Shown piece after piece: positions 1-8,638 of a stretch of 64,000 nt of DNA. The position numbers and the translations under genes were made by a program. How positions within the stretch are numbered: the first letter of the stretch is position 1; the number at the start of each line of letters is the position of its first letter. The notes under the pieces are model-generated. The model had not been told where the DNA came from. It saw only the letters and a list, made by a program, of their open reading frames with translations, and did no database searches. Source of the DNA: Chitinibacter sp. GC72 (GTDB taxonomy: Bacteria > Pseudomonadota > Gammaproteobacteria > Burkholderiales > Chitinibacteraceae); contig NZ_VIRW01000004.1 in NCBI RefSeq assembly GCF_009760905.1, forward strand, positions 39,665-103,664, written 5' to 3'.

Positions 1-536
1 TTGATCGCCATTTGCCTAGCCAGATATTGCGGCGCGGCCACCAGTACATTGGGCCAATCGGCCAGATGGCGGGCAATCAGGCTGGAATCTTTCAGCTCAC
101 CTGCGCGCAGCGCCAGATCGATACGATGGCTGACCAGATCAATCATTTCGTCATGAAAAAACAGCCGTAAAGATAGCTTGGGGTGCAAGGTGAGCAGCGG
201 TGCCAGCGCCTGGCTGATGAGCGGGCCAGCAAAGCCGGTGGGGGCAGACAGCCGCAGCTCGCCCACGGGCGCATCGCGTAGCTCGCTAATGCGCTGTTCG
301 GCCAGCTGCGCCGCCGCCAGCATATCGGCGCAGCCCTGATAAAACACACTGCCCGCCTCGGTGAGCGTTAGCTTGCGTGTCGTGCGGTGCAGCAAGGTGA
401 CATTGTGCTGCGCTTCCAGCTTGCTTAAATGCTGGCTCACCGCCGATGGCGTCATACCCAATGCCTTGGCGGCGGCGTTCATCGAGCCCAGCTCGACCAC
501 TCGCGCAAAAATCGCCATTCGTCGCAATGTATCCAT
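1..536 (-). CDS. LysR-family transcriptional regulator (partial, C-terminus beyond window edge)
   Basis: Reverse translation from ATG (rc of 534-536) gives MDTLRRMAIFARVVELGSMNAAAKALGMTPSAVSQHLSKLEAQHNVTLLHRTTRKLTLTEAG..., a classic LysR wHTH. The frame is open to position 1. It is divergent from the 658..1302 gene. Confidence 0.8.
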   Translation of the reverse strand, partial: MDTLRRMAIFARVVELGSMNAAAKALGMTPSAVSQHLSKLEAQHNVTLLHRTTRKLTLTEAGSVFYQGCADMLAAAQLAEQRISELRDAPVGELRLSAPTGFAGPLISQALAPLLTLHPKLSLRLFFHDEMIDLVSHRIDLALRAGELKDSSLIARHLADWPNVLVAAPQYLARQMAI

Positions 537-657
537 TCCACACCAACTATTAAGTTTTGCTAAACAATGAATGCCATTTTTGGCGGCTTATCGCGCATAA
601 AGCAAGTGATTATGATGATCTCACTATTTAATCATTCATCCATGCAAAGGAAACAAT

Positions 658-1302
658 ATGAAAATCGCTCTGATCGGTGCAACAGGTTTTGTCGGCTCGG
701 CCATCCTGCAAGAGCTCATCCACCGTGGCCATCAGGTGACGGCGCTGGTGAGTAATGTCGCCAAAGTACCCGCCCACGAATTAGTCACGGCCCGCGCCAG
801 CAATGCCTACGATGCGGCCGATATGGCTGCCGCAGTGGCGGGGCATGATGCCGTGATTTCGGCGTTTAACCCCGGCTGGGGCAAGCCCGATATTCAGGCG
901 CTATTTTTGCAAGGCCACAATGCGATTGTGGCGGGCGTAAAAGCCGCTGGCGTGGCTGATTTTCTCGAAGTCGGCGGTGCGGGCAGCTTGTATATCGCAC
1001 CGGGCGTGCAATTGATCGACACGCCCGAATTTCCGGCGGAATGGAAAGAAGGTGCATTGGGCGCACGCGAAGCGCTCAACCTGCTGCGTGCCGAGAGCGG
1101 CCTGCAATGGCGTTTTGTATCGCCACCGGTGTTTCTCGCCCCCGGCGAGCGCAGCGGCCAGTATCGCCTGGGCGGTGACGATGTGTTGTTTGCGGGTGAA
1201 CAACCGGCTGGCATTTCGGTCGCCGATCTGGCCGTGGCGATTGTGGATGAAATCGAAACGCCAAAACACATCCAGCAACGCTTTACCGTTGCCAGTGTGT
1301 AA
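658..1302 (+). CDS. NAD(P)H-binding oxidoreductase (NmrA/atypical SDR-like)
   Basis: N-terminal Rossmann motif MKIALIGATGFVGSAIL. Size is 214 aa. Divergent pairing with a LysR regulator. Confidence 0.7.
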   Translation: MKIALIGATGFVGSAILQELIHRGHQVTALVSNVAKVPAHELVTARASNAYDAADMAAAVAGHDAVISAFNPGWGKPDIQALFLQGHNAIVAGVKAAGVADFLEVGGAGSLYIAPGVQLIDTPEFPAEWKEGALGAREALNLLRAESGLQWRFVSPPVFLAPGERSGQYRLGGDDVLFAGEQPAGISVADLAVAIVDEIETPKHIQQRFTVASV

Positions 1303-1413
1303 AACGCCTGAGGGTGGCAGAACGGTATCAGCCTGATCCAGATGTCACCCACAAGGGTCGCTCACTGATTGCAGCGCAAGCCGCGGTGGGCTGAAATACT
1401 GGATTGGTGGTAC

Positions 1414-2478
1414 TCAGCCGGGCTGGCTGGCGTGTTCCAGCTCATGGGCAATCAGCCAGCGCTTGCGCTCCAGCCCGCCTGCGTAGCCGGTCAGTGAGCC
1501 ATCTTTGCCGATAATTCGATGGCAGGGAATAATAATCGCAATGCGATTGCAGCCATTGGCAGATGCCACTGCGCGCACTGCCTGTGGCTTGCCGATCACA
1601 TTGGCCTGAGCCTGATACGAAGCTGTTGTGCCATACGGCACATTGAGCAAAGCCTGCCATACCGCCTGCTGAAACGCCGTGCCCGGCGCATGAATTGCCA
1701 CCGAAAAAGTCTGCCGCGTGCCGGCAAAATACTCGTTGATTTCCTGCTCGGCCTGTCGGGTATGCCGGTTTTCCCCGGCGATGATCTTAGCTTGCAAACG
1801 GCGCTGCAGATCTTGAAACTCGGTTTCCAGCATGCGGCGGTCTACAAACTCCAGCAGACACACGCCCTGCTCGCTGGCGCAAACAAACATCGGCCCCAGC
1901 GGCGTGGTAAAGCGGTGAATCAGGATCACGGCCGAATCGCAGTTGTGCATCGGGCTCGCACCAGTGAGCTTTTTATAGGTGTAGGCAAAGCCGCTGAGTG
2001 ACTCGTAGCCGGATTCGTAAGCGGTTTCCAGCGCCCGTTTGCCGGTTTTTAATTCTTCCAGTGCGGTATTGATGCGCAGCATGCGTTGAAAAGCCTGAAA
2101 AGTCAGCCCATAGTGCTGGCCAAACCAGCGGCGCAAAATTTCCGGGCTAATTCCCTGCTGGCGCAACTGAAAGTCACTCAGTTTTTGCTTTGGATTTTGC
2201 CGCAGCAGTTGCAAAGCCTGCTCCACCTGCGGCGGTGCTGAATGCGCGTTTTCGGTAGGACGGCAAATCTTACACGGGCGGTAGCCTGCATCCAGCGCGT
2301 CTTTAAAACCGGTATAAAACTCGACATTTTCGCGCTTGGGTTTGCGGGCCCGGCAGGTGGCAATACAAAACACCGAAGTGGTTTTCACGCCAACAAAAAA
2401 GCTGCCCACATATTCGGGCGAGCGATCAAGCAAAGCCTGATAAAAGCGATCAATTTGCTCTTCATCCACTATCCGCAT
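1414..2478 (-). CDS. ada: Bifunctional Ada regulator: methylphosphotriester-DNA methyltransferase/AraC HTH fused to O6-methylguanine-DNA methyltransferase
   Basis: N-terminal Ada Zn-Cys cluster (FCIATCRARKP...CKICRP), central AraC-type HTH, C-terminal MGMT active site IPCHRIIG. Confidence 0.85.
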   Translation of the reverse strand: MRIVDEEQIDRFYQALLDRSPEYVGSFFVGVKTTSVFCIATCRARKPKRENVEFYTGFKDALDAGYRPCKICRPTENAHSAPPQVEQALQLLRQNPKQKLSDFQLRQQGISPEILRRWFGQHYGLTFQAFQRMLRINTALEELKTGKRALETAYESGYESLSGFAYTYKKLTGASPMHNCDSAVILIHRFTTPLGPMFVCASEQGVCLLEFVDRRMLETEFQDLQRRLQAKIIAGENRHTRQAEQEINEYFAGTRQTFSVAIHAPGTAFQQAVWQALLNVPYGTTASYQAQANVIGKPQAVRAVASANGCNRIAIIIPCHRIIGKDGSLTGYAGGLERKRWLIAHELEHASQPG

Positions 2479-2679
2479 TGTTAAATCCCTGTCCGAATCA
2501 CTATCACGTCAACCATATCCAGCCTAATGGATCAACAATACGGAAAACACCCGCTGCACAACAACCGAAAACTGGACAAGTATTTTTTAACGCGATATTT
2601 CCATCGTTTGGGCAGCGCCAGCTGCCTTTAGCAGAGGGCGGCAACTGACTGAAAATCAGCTTAAGTAGATGCCAAGGTA

Positions 2680-3213
2680 TTAGCGCCCCGCTGCTGGTGG
2701 CGTCTGCAATAGCGCAATAATGCGCTGCAACTGGGCATCGGGCTTGCGCTGCTGCAGTGCCTGCGCCAAAGCCAGCGCGGTTTGCTGCTGATCATTCACG
2801 CGCAGCGGGTCTGCGCCGTGCGCCAGCAAGATCGCCACTTCATCGGGCTGGCGCGCCAGAATCGACGCATGCAGCGGCAGCCAGCCCTGCGCGTCCGGCT
2901 GATTTACATCCAGCCCGCGCGCCTGCAAAAAAGCCACCAGCTCGGCTTTGTGCTGCGCGCTGGCGCGGCCCTGCACCACAAAGCCCATGCCCGCCCCTGC
3001 CTGCAGCCGGGCAATATCGTCCGTCGTACCACGCAGCTGGAAAACATAAGCGCGGCACACTTGCGCCGCAGCCGGAATCAGCAGCCCGCCTTCATCGGCG
3101 CACACCAGCGCTTGCTCGATATCCAGCCGGTGCAAGCTATAAGCCGCCCCGGCCAGATACAGCGTTGCAAGCAGGCCAACTGGTAGCAAAAGTCGTTTTT
3201 TCATGGTGAGCAT
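2680..3213 (-). CDS. Ankyrin-repeat protein with N-terminal signal peptide
   Basis: Signal peptide (MKKRLLLPVGLLATLYLAGAA) followed by ankyrin-like repeats (GLDVNQPDAQGWLPLHASILA; HGADPLRVNDQQQTALALA). Confidence 0.6.
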   Translation of the reverse strand: MLTMKKRLLLPVGLLATLYLAGAAYSLHRLDIEQALVCADEGGLLIPAAAQVCRAYVFQLRGTTDDIARLQAGAGMGFVVQGRASAQHKAELVAFLQARGLDVNQPDAQGWLPLHASILARQPDEVAILLAHGADPLRVNDQQQTALALAQALQQRKPDAQLQRIIALLQTPPAAGR

Positions 3214-3288
3214 ATCGGGCGCTCAGGTGATAGATGGTGAAGGCCAAAATCATAAATCAATGTGGCCGATTTGGGGGTTGGCCCTGCT

Positions 3289-3681
3289 TTATTCGTTTGC
3301 GGGTGTGGCGCACGCCACTGGTGGCAAAGATCGCCACCGTGATACCGCGTCAAGGACGCTGGCCGAATACGCACTGGCTACGTTGCGCAGCTGATACGGG
3401 CTTTGCGGCCCGAACGGCGCAGAATCATTGACCGCCGCCGCCAGCTGATCCAGATAGCCGCGACCAAATTGCTGATAATGGGCCAGCTCGTCGGCACTGA
3501 GCACCATCAGGAAGTCATAGCTGACCAAAGGGCTGTGGCACTGGATGTCGAGCAGTAGCTGGCCATCGTGGCTGAGTAAAAACCAGCTGTGGGCTTGGTG
3601 TTCAATCACTTGCATTTGAAAATCCGGTGATGGTTCTGGCTGGACTGCACTGATGGGGTTGGCGCTATGGTGGGTATACAT
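3289..3681 (-). CDS. Hypothetical protein
   Basis: 130-aa ORF with no recognisable motifs. The 3' part overlaps other-frame ORFs, so boundaries are uncertain. Confidence 0.3.
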   Translation of the reverse strand: MYTHHSANPISAVQPEPSPDFQMQVIEHQAHSWFLLSHDGQLLLDIQCHSPLVSYDFLMVLSADELAHYQQFGRGYLDQLAAAVNDSAPFGPQSPYQLRNVASAYSASVLDAVSRWRSLPPVACATPANE

Positions 3682-3732
3682 CCGAAAGTATTGATAATCA
3701 TGATGTTATGCACAATACATGGGCATGTATAT

Positions 3733-4617
3733 TCAGGCGCGCAGCAAATCCGCAATCATCTGCCGCGCCTGCCCCTCGTAGCCGCCGCCGAATAAATTCA
3801 CATGGTTCACGATGTGATACAAGTTATATAAAGTTTTGCGCTGCGCATAGCCCGCATCAATCGGCCACGCGGCGTGATAGGCGGCCAAAAAGCGCGAGCC
3901 AAAGCCGCCGAATAACTCGGTCATCGCCAAGTCGCATTCGCGGTCGCCAAAATAGCAGGCCGGATCGAACACCACCGGCGTACCGTCCGCTAGCCCCGCC
4001 GCATTGCCACTCCACAAATCGCCATGCAGCAAGCTCGGCTGTGGCGTGTAGTCGCGGAAAAATTCGGGGATTTTATCGAGTAGCTTTGCACCCGCCGCGC
4101 CAAAATCACAGCCATTTTGCCGTGCCAGCTTGAACTGCGGCAGCAATCGTTCCTCGCGCCAGAAATCAATCCAGCTATCGTGCCAGCGATTGCTTTGCGG
4201 CGTGCTGCCGATGGTGTTATCCATCTCCCAGCCAAAGCGCGGCGCACCCGCCGGAGCAATCCGATGCACGCGCGCCAAGGCTGCGCCCATCGCCGCAGGG
4301 TCGGGCGAGCCCGCCAGCGGCAAATATTCCAAAGCCAGCCACGCCGTAGCCGCCCCGCTCACCCCATGCGCCATCGGCTGCGGCACGCGCATCCCCTGCC
4401 CCAACGCCGCCAGCCCCGCCGCCTCGGCGACAAACATGTGATGCAGCGCCGCGCGATTGGTCTTCACAAAATACTGCCGCGCTGGGTTGGCGCGATCACT
4501 GATCACCAAGGCCTGATTAATACAGCCGCCCCCCACGCTGCGCTGTTGCTTCACGTGAAACACCGCGCCAGTGGTGGCGGAGATGGCGGATTCGAGGTCG
4601 GAAATCAAATGAGGCAT
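3733..4617 (-). CDS. Fructosamine/ketosamine-3-kinase family protein
   Basis: Kinase-like fold with HGDLWSGN catalytic-loop motif and the DP.CYFGDRE.DLA motif typical of FN3K. Probable start MPHLISDL (ORF track extends to 4743). Confidence 0.75.
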   Translation of the reverse strand: MPHLISDLESAISATTGAVFHVKQQRSVGGGCINQALVISDRANPARQYFVKTNRAALHHMFVAEAAGLAALGQGMRVPQPMAHGVSGAATAWLALEYLPLAGSPDPAAMGAALARVHRIAPAGAPRFGWEMDNTIGSTPQSNRWHDSWIDFWREERLLPQFKLARQNGCDFGAAGAKLLDKIPEFFRDYTPQPSLLHGDLWSGNAAGLADGTPVVFDPACYFGDRECDLAMTELFGGFGSRFLAAYHAAWPIDAGYAQRKTLYNLYHIVNHVNLFGGGYEGQARQMIADLLRA

Positions 4618-4798
4618 GGTGGCCGTCGCCAGCAAGATGGGGATGCAGTGATTGTAGTGCGCGGGTGTTGAGCGTGTTTTGCGCCAGGCTAAGATGTTGG
4701 GTGGGCATCGTGTGGCAAGCCTTGTTTTTCTCTCCTGCATCAACCCATAATTACCGCTCGCTGACTCAGTTTGATTGACGATTAAAAGGAAAAGCCGA

Positions 4799-5185
4799 AT
4801 GAAAAGTAATCCAGTTGCTTGGTTTGAAATTTATGTTCAAGACATGCCCCGTGCCAAGGCATTTTACGAATCGGTATTCCAAGGCTCATTGGAGGAATTA
4901 AAGAATCCTGATCCCGAAGGGTTTCCTGAGATGGAAATGTGGGCATTTCCAATGTCAATGGAAGACTCTGGTGCCGCTGGCGCACTCGTAAAAATGGCGG
5001 GCTGCCCATCTGGCGGCAGCACGATGGTTTATTTCGCGTGTGAGGATTGTGCCGTGGAGGCCGCACGAGCAGCTGCCAATGGCGGCGAAATCTTCAAGCA
5101 CAAAATGTCGATTGGCGAGCATGGCTTTATCGCGATGGTGGTCGATACCGAAGGCAATATGATTGGCCTTCATTCAATGCAATAA
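4799..5185 (+). CDS. VOC/glyoxalase-bleomycin resistance family protein
   Basis: Motif NPVAWFEIYVQDMPRAKAFYESVFQ is typical of PhnB/VOC proteins. The ORF track starts at 4775; MKSNPVAWFEI is the likely start. Confidence 0.7.
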   Translation: MKSNPVAWFEIYVQDMPRAKAFYESVFQGSLEELKNPDPEGFPEMEMWAFPMSMEDSGAAGALVKMAGCPSGGSTMVYFACEDCAVEAARAAANGGEIFKHKMSIGEHGFIAMVVDTEGNMIGLHSMQ

Positions 5186-5207
5186 GTGGGATCGTAAAGT
5201 CTCGTCG

Positions 5208-5262
5208 GGCGGGTTAGCCGAAGGCGCGCCCCAAACGAAGTCCCCTTGGGGGATAACCCGCC
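5208..5262. repeat. 55-bp GC-rich self-complementary element (left copy), ends GGCGGGTTA...TAACCCGCC
   Basis: Sequence ggcgggttagccgaaggcgcgccccaaacgaagtccccttgggggataacccgcc. Its inner part is the reverse complement of the copy at 8302-8357 (~93% identity). Confidence 0.8.
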
Positions 5263-5361
5263 AATGAGCATGCGATTCAATAGCACCGATCAGCGCAGGT
5301 CGCTACTGCCCTATTCGGCTTCTCGGGCATGGCTATCTATACCCAGTTCTCGCATTTGTTC

Positions 5362-5392
5362 CCCCCTTCGCCGAAGGGGGGCTAGGGGGATT
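5362..5392. repeat. GC-rich hairpin (REP-like): ccccccttcgccgaagggggg
   Basis: Perfect 10-bp stem ccccccttcg/cgaagggggg seen directly in the sequence. Confidence 0.6.
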
Positions 5393-5757
5393 TCTGCACT
5401 TATTTATGCTGCTGCGGTGTCGTTACACGAATAAATCTTAATGGCTGGCGTTGTAGCGCCTGAATTGAAATCCATTCTGGGATTGATCATGCCCACAATG
5501 GGTTTTTGTTTGCTTGCTGGTAGCCATTCTCAATGAGGCTGGTGCGAGTTATTGGCGCGGGATTTTTTGAAAGGAAGCGATGGATTCGGCTTAAGAATAA
5601 TCAGAAATCACTTTAAATTTAGCTGACATACGGTAGTTGGATCGGTACGATATCAGCACGTCATCAGGGCAAAAATACATCAGTGGGTATGGGGTGGCAG
5701 CCGATAATCGATATGGCCTTCAGCGACATACCCCTTAAATCAAGTCTGGATCGCAAA

Positions 5758-6105
5758 ATGAGAAAAATCCTATTGCTGATTGCATTACTCGCGATGGCCA
5801 GCGCCCAAGCTGGCGTGGTCGAGCAAACCACCCGCGAAGCTGGGCGCGGTTTTGCCAAGGGCATAAACGAAGGAACAGCGCAAGCATTTGAAAAAATGCT
5901 CGATAACAACGACAAACGAATGAAACAAAACGCAGCGGACGCCAAACGCAAGCAGCGTTTGGCGAATATTAGTGGCTGCGCGACCAATGCGAAGCGTACT
6001 TCATGCAAGTGCTTTGATAAGCAGGGATCGATTGAGACGATTCTGGATGAGAAGCAGTGTATGGAAGTGGTGAATCGCGGGTTGGCGGCAGTGAATGATT
6101 TTTAA
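5758..6105 (+). CDS. Small secreted/periplasmic protein (signal peptide, 4 Cys), first gene of island operon
   Basis: MRKILLLIALLAMASAQA signal peptide, then a Lys/Asn-rich mature region with CATNAKRTSCKCFDKQG...C. AT-rich codon usage. The ORF track starts at 5683. Confidence 0.5.
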   Translation: MRKILLLIALLAMASAQAGVVEQTTREAGRGFAKGINEGTAQAFEKMLDNNDKRMKQNAADAKRKQRLANISGCATNAKRTSCKCFDKQGSIETILDEKQCMEVVNRGLAAVNDF

Positions 6106-6128
6106 AGTGATTCTGGGATAGCGAGTGA

Positions 6129-7223
6129 ATGAAACGACTAAGTAGGTGTAATAAACAAAGATTAATCCGTTTGGCAAAAATTAGAGCTAATCACAAGAGT
6201 TCTAGAATAAAGAAAAAAGTATTAATTGGCTACATACTCAATGGTACTGGTTTTGCTAAAAAGAAAAGAAGCTCTTATGTTACTGTGAAAATTGTGGCTC
6301 CAATATCATTTAACTTGTATCAGGCCGCACGTAGGCAAAATTTAATAGTTTTTATTGATGAGATAAAAAGAGCGATTAAAGCAAATGCTTCAATCAGAAT
6401 AGATTTTAGTCATGTAAAGAGATTGAATCCGTGTGGTACAATTTTATTTATTGCTGAATTAATGAGGATTATTGAGCTGAAAGGCAATAAACAGCGGGTT
6501 ACTTGTACTTTGCCGAAAGATAAGATTGTTGAGCAGCTATTTAAACATGTAGGTATTTTAGACTTACTTGGTTGCAGAAGTAATGTTGTTGTTCAGCATG
6601 AAACAGTAAAACACTGGACTTTATGTAAAGGAGATCTTGTTGATTTGTCTGGGTTAAAAAGCTTAAAAGATAAGTTAGATATTGAATTGGGTGAAGAAAG
6701 AAGTTTTGCATTATTCACAGGCATACAAGAAGCGATTACTAATACGGTTCATCATGCATATATTGAGGAACGTGGAGATGGCTTCGATGCATCAAGTAAA
6801 AAATGGTTCCTTTTTGCAAAGCACATGGAAGGTCAGGTATCATTAGCAATCTGTGACTTAGGCATCGGGATTCGTCGATCATTGCCGAGAAAAATGCCAT
6901 GGCCAAAACAAATTTTTGATGAAACGCTTGAAAAGTTGGGTGCAAATACAGATCTCGATGCTAAGCACATAAAGGCGGCAATTATGTTGGGTGCAACCAG
7001 AACAGGACTTAGTAATCGAGGGAAAGGTTTACATGACATGAAACATGTTGCGAGCTTGTGTGAGAATGGCCGTTTGGATATATTGAGTAATAAGGGTGTT
7101 TACCGCTTTAGCAAGAAAATAAACTCTGAAATTATTCTTGACCATAAAAGTAATATCCAAGGCACTATTGTGCAATGGGGATTTAATACAAGTGATTATT
7201 TAGGATCAGAAAATGCTGATTAA
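6129..7223 (+). CDS. GHKL-superfamily ATPase / RsbW-SpoIIAB-like Ser/Thr kinase domain protein with unknown N-terminal domain
   Basis: C-terminal half carries N-box GIQEAITNTVHHAY (compare RsbW EAVTNAIIHGY), G1-box LAICDLGIGIRRS and G2-box SNRGKGLHDM. The N-terminal ~190 aa have no recognisable motif. Confidence 0.7.
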   Translation: MKRLSRCNKQRLIRLAKIRANHKSSRIKKKVLIGYILNGTGFAKKKRSSYVTVKIVAPISFNLYQAARRQNLIVFIDEIKRAIKANASIRIDFSHVKRLNPCGTILFIAELMRIIELKGNKQRVTCTLPKDKIVEQLFKHVGILDLLGCRSNVVVQHETVKHWTLCKGDLVDLSGLKSLKDKLDIELGEERSFALFTGIQEAITNTVHHAYIEERGDGFDASSKKWFLFAKHMEGQVSLAICDLGIGIRRSLPRKMPWPKQIFDETLEKLGANTDLDAKHIKAAIMLGATRTGLSNRGKGLHDMKHVASLCENGRLDILSNKGVYRFSKKINSEIILDHKSNIQGTIVQWGFNTSDYLGSENAD

Positions 7224-7533
7224 TATAGCTAAGGATTTTTCACCATTTGCTGCTGGTCGTTATCAGACTGATGGGCCCTGCTCTGGTGAAGCTTTTCGAG
7301 ATTTAGTTCTTGTTCCTAAACTTGAGCAACATAAAATGGAATTGGTGACTGTTAATTTAGATGGCACACTAGGTTTAGGTTCATCTTTTTTGGAGGAAGC
7401 ATTTGGTGGCTTGATCAGAAAGGGATTTAAGAAAGATTATTTACACTCCTATTTGATAATTGAGTGTAAACATCAATCTTATGTTGATGCCGCATGGTCA
7501 TATATCGATGGTGCAAATAATGATGGAAAATAG
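7213..7533 (+). CDS. STAS-like (DUF4325-type) small protein, putative antagonist/partner of the GHKL kinase
   Basis: 106 aa, overlaps the upstream gene by 11 nt. Motif LVTVNLDGTLGLGSSFLEEAFGGL resembles STAS-like DUF4325 proteins that occur next to HATPase_c proteins. Confidence 0.6.
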   Translation: MLINIAKDFSPFAAGRYQTDGPCSGEAFRDLVLVPKLEQHKMELVTVNLDGTLGLGSSFLEEAFGGLIRKGFKKDYLHSYLIIECKHQSYVDAAWSYIDGANNDGK

Positions 7534-8035
7534 TTGGTTTGATTTATATCGCTCTGTGATTGCACCTACTATTGCTATTGTCTTGGTTGTTATTGGATGG
7601 TTATTGGTTTCTAGAGACAATAATAGACGTGAGTTGAGAAAAGAGCTTAGAGGTATTTCATCCGAAATAGGTAAATTAGGCGAAGTTCTTTCGGAAAAGT
7701 GTTATCAATATTTCTCATCTGTAGAGGATGAAGATAAAAGATATCAGCTGGCTTTCGAAATTAAGACGGTTTTGGATAAAATTGAAACGAGTTTTTGTGG
7801 TATGTCAAAAATCAATAAAAACTTCAAAAATGAGTTTCTGGTTTTGAATTTGAGGGGTGCGGTTACTAATAACCAGTTTTTTGAGACGGCTAACTTTAAA
7901 CGACTTGATGCTCGTGATCAGATTCATTTGAATATTAAATTGAAAATTAAAGATATTGAAACTCATATTGACGAGGTTATTTTAAGAACGTATGTGATCA
8001 ATGGTGTAAGAGATTTTTTCTCTTTTTCAAACTGA
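7522..8035 (+). CDS. Membrane-anchored hypothetical protein (single N-terminal TM helix, coiled-coil/Lys-rich cytoplasmic part)
   Basis: ATG overlaps the stop of the previous gene (aATGAtggaaaatag). TM helix VIAPTIAIVLVVIGWLLV. The ORF track frame starts at 7460, but MMENSW at 7522 is the coupled start. Confidence 0.55.
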
Positions 8036-8104
8036 TGTTTACCTGCTGGTATTCTGTACAGACGCACAGAATCAATTTGAATCCAACATCCAATGCGATG
8101 TATG

Positions 8105-8128
8105 AACCGCCAGTCATGGCGGTTTTTC
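8105..8128 (+). terminator. Rho-independent terminator closing the island operon
   Basis: aaccgcca-gtca-tggcggtt followed by tttttc, 70 nt after the 8035 stop. Confidence 0.7.
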
Positions 8129-8301
8129 TTTGCTTGTAGTTTGTGATCAGGCAGCCCGAGTTCGACTGTTGGCGACGTAAATCCTTGATTTTATTAAGAG
8201 CTGTTTTAAAACGTGCCACTACATTACCCAGAATTTCGTATCTTTTTGATTCTTATACGGATTTTAAAAAAGATTGTTATTCGTGAGTGCTCGGGCTGAA
8301 T

Positions 8302-8357
8302 GGCGGGTTATCCCCCGAGGGGACTTCCTTTGGGGCGCGCCTTCGGCTAACCACGCC
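8302..8357. repeat. 56-bp GC-rich self-complementary element (right copy, inverted relative to 5208-5262)
   Basis: Sequence ggcgggttatcccccgaggggacttcctttggggcgcgccttcggctaaccacgcc is the reverse complement of the left copy with ~4 mismatches. Confidence 0.8.
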
Positions 8358-8584
8358 CTACCGCTTTCTTATTTGCCGGTGGTGTGTGGGTGGGGCTAGG
8401 GTTGTTTCTTGTTAAAGCACTGGTGGGTATTGGCTTGTAGCTATTTATCTATATGTCTTGCATGGCTATACCCTGGGTTGCTGTGTTGGCTGTTGCGGTG
8501 TGGCGGCGTCAATCTGTTTGGGCAAGGTGGTGCGCGTGATACGGCGTAGGATGTATCGCCGCAGGCAAAGACATTCTCTAAGGC

Positions 8585-8638
8585 ATGCCTGCTGCCACTT
8601 GGCGTATCGCGCTGCGCGTTCAATGCTCCCTGCCGTGC
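8585..8638. repeat. Intergenic repeat family copy R1 (~50-75 bp)
   Basis: tgctgccacttggcgtatcgcgctgcgcgttcaatgctccctgccgtgc aligns with copies at 9619-9692 and 10195-10271. It ends 1 nt before the stop codon of the 8639..9511 gene. Confidence 0.65.

Larger units (their letters stand above)
5208..8357. mobile_element. AT-rich ~3.1 kb insertion bounded by inverted 55-bp repeats (putative TIR/REP-bounded cargo cassette)
   Basis: Abrupt drop in GC between ~5.45 and 8.05 kb relative to flanks. Flanking inverted repeats at 5208-5262 and 8302-8357. The cargo has four codirectional genes and a terminator, and codon usage unlike the rest of the window. Confidence 0.5.

Noticed and set aside
3708-4671. 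Plus-strand ORFs (3708..4133, 4117..4671) overlapping the fructosamine-kinase-family gene
   Set aside because: Arg/Pro/His-rich antisense frames. The minus-strand frame has the kinase catalytic-loop motif.
7998-8219. 73-aa minus-strand ORF in the island's right flank
   Set aside because: It spans the intrinsic terminator and an AT-rich spacer. No RBS and an implausible composition. The region is more likely noncoding cassette flank.
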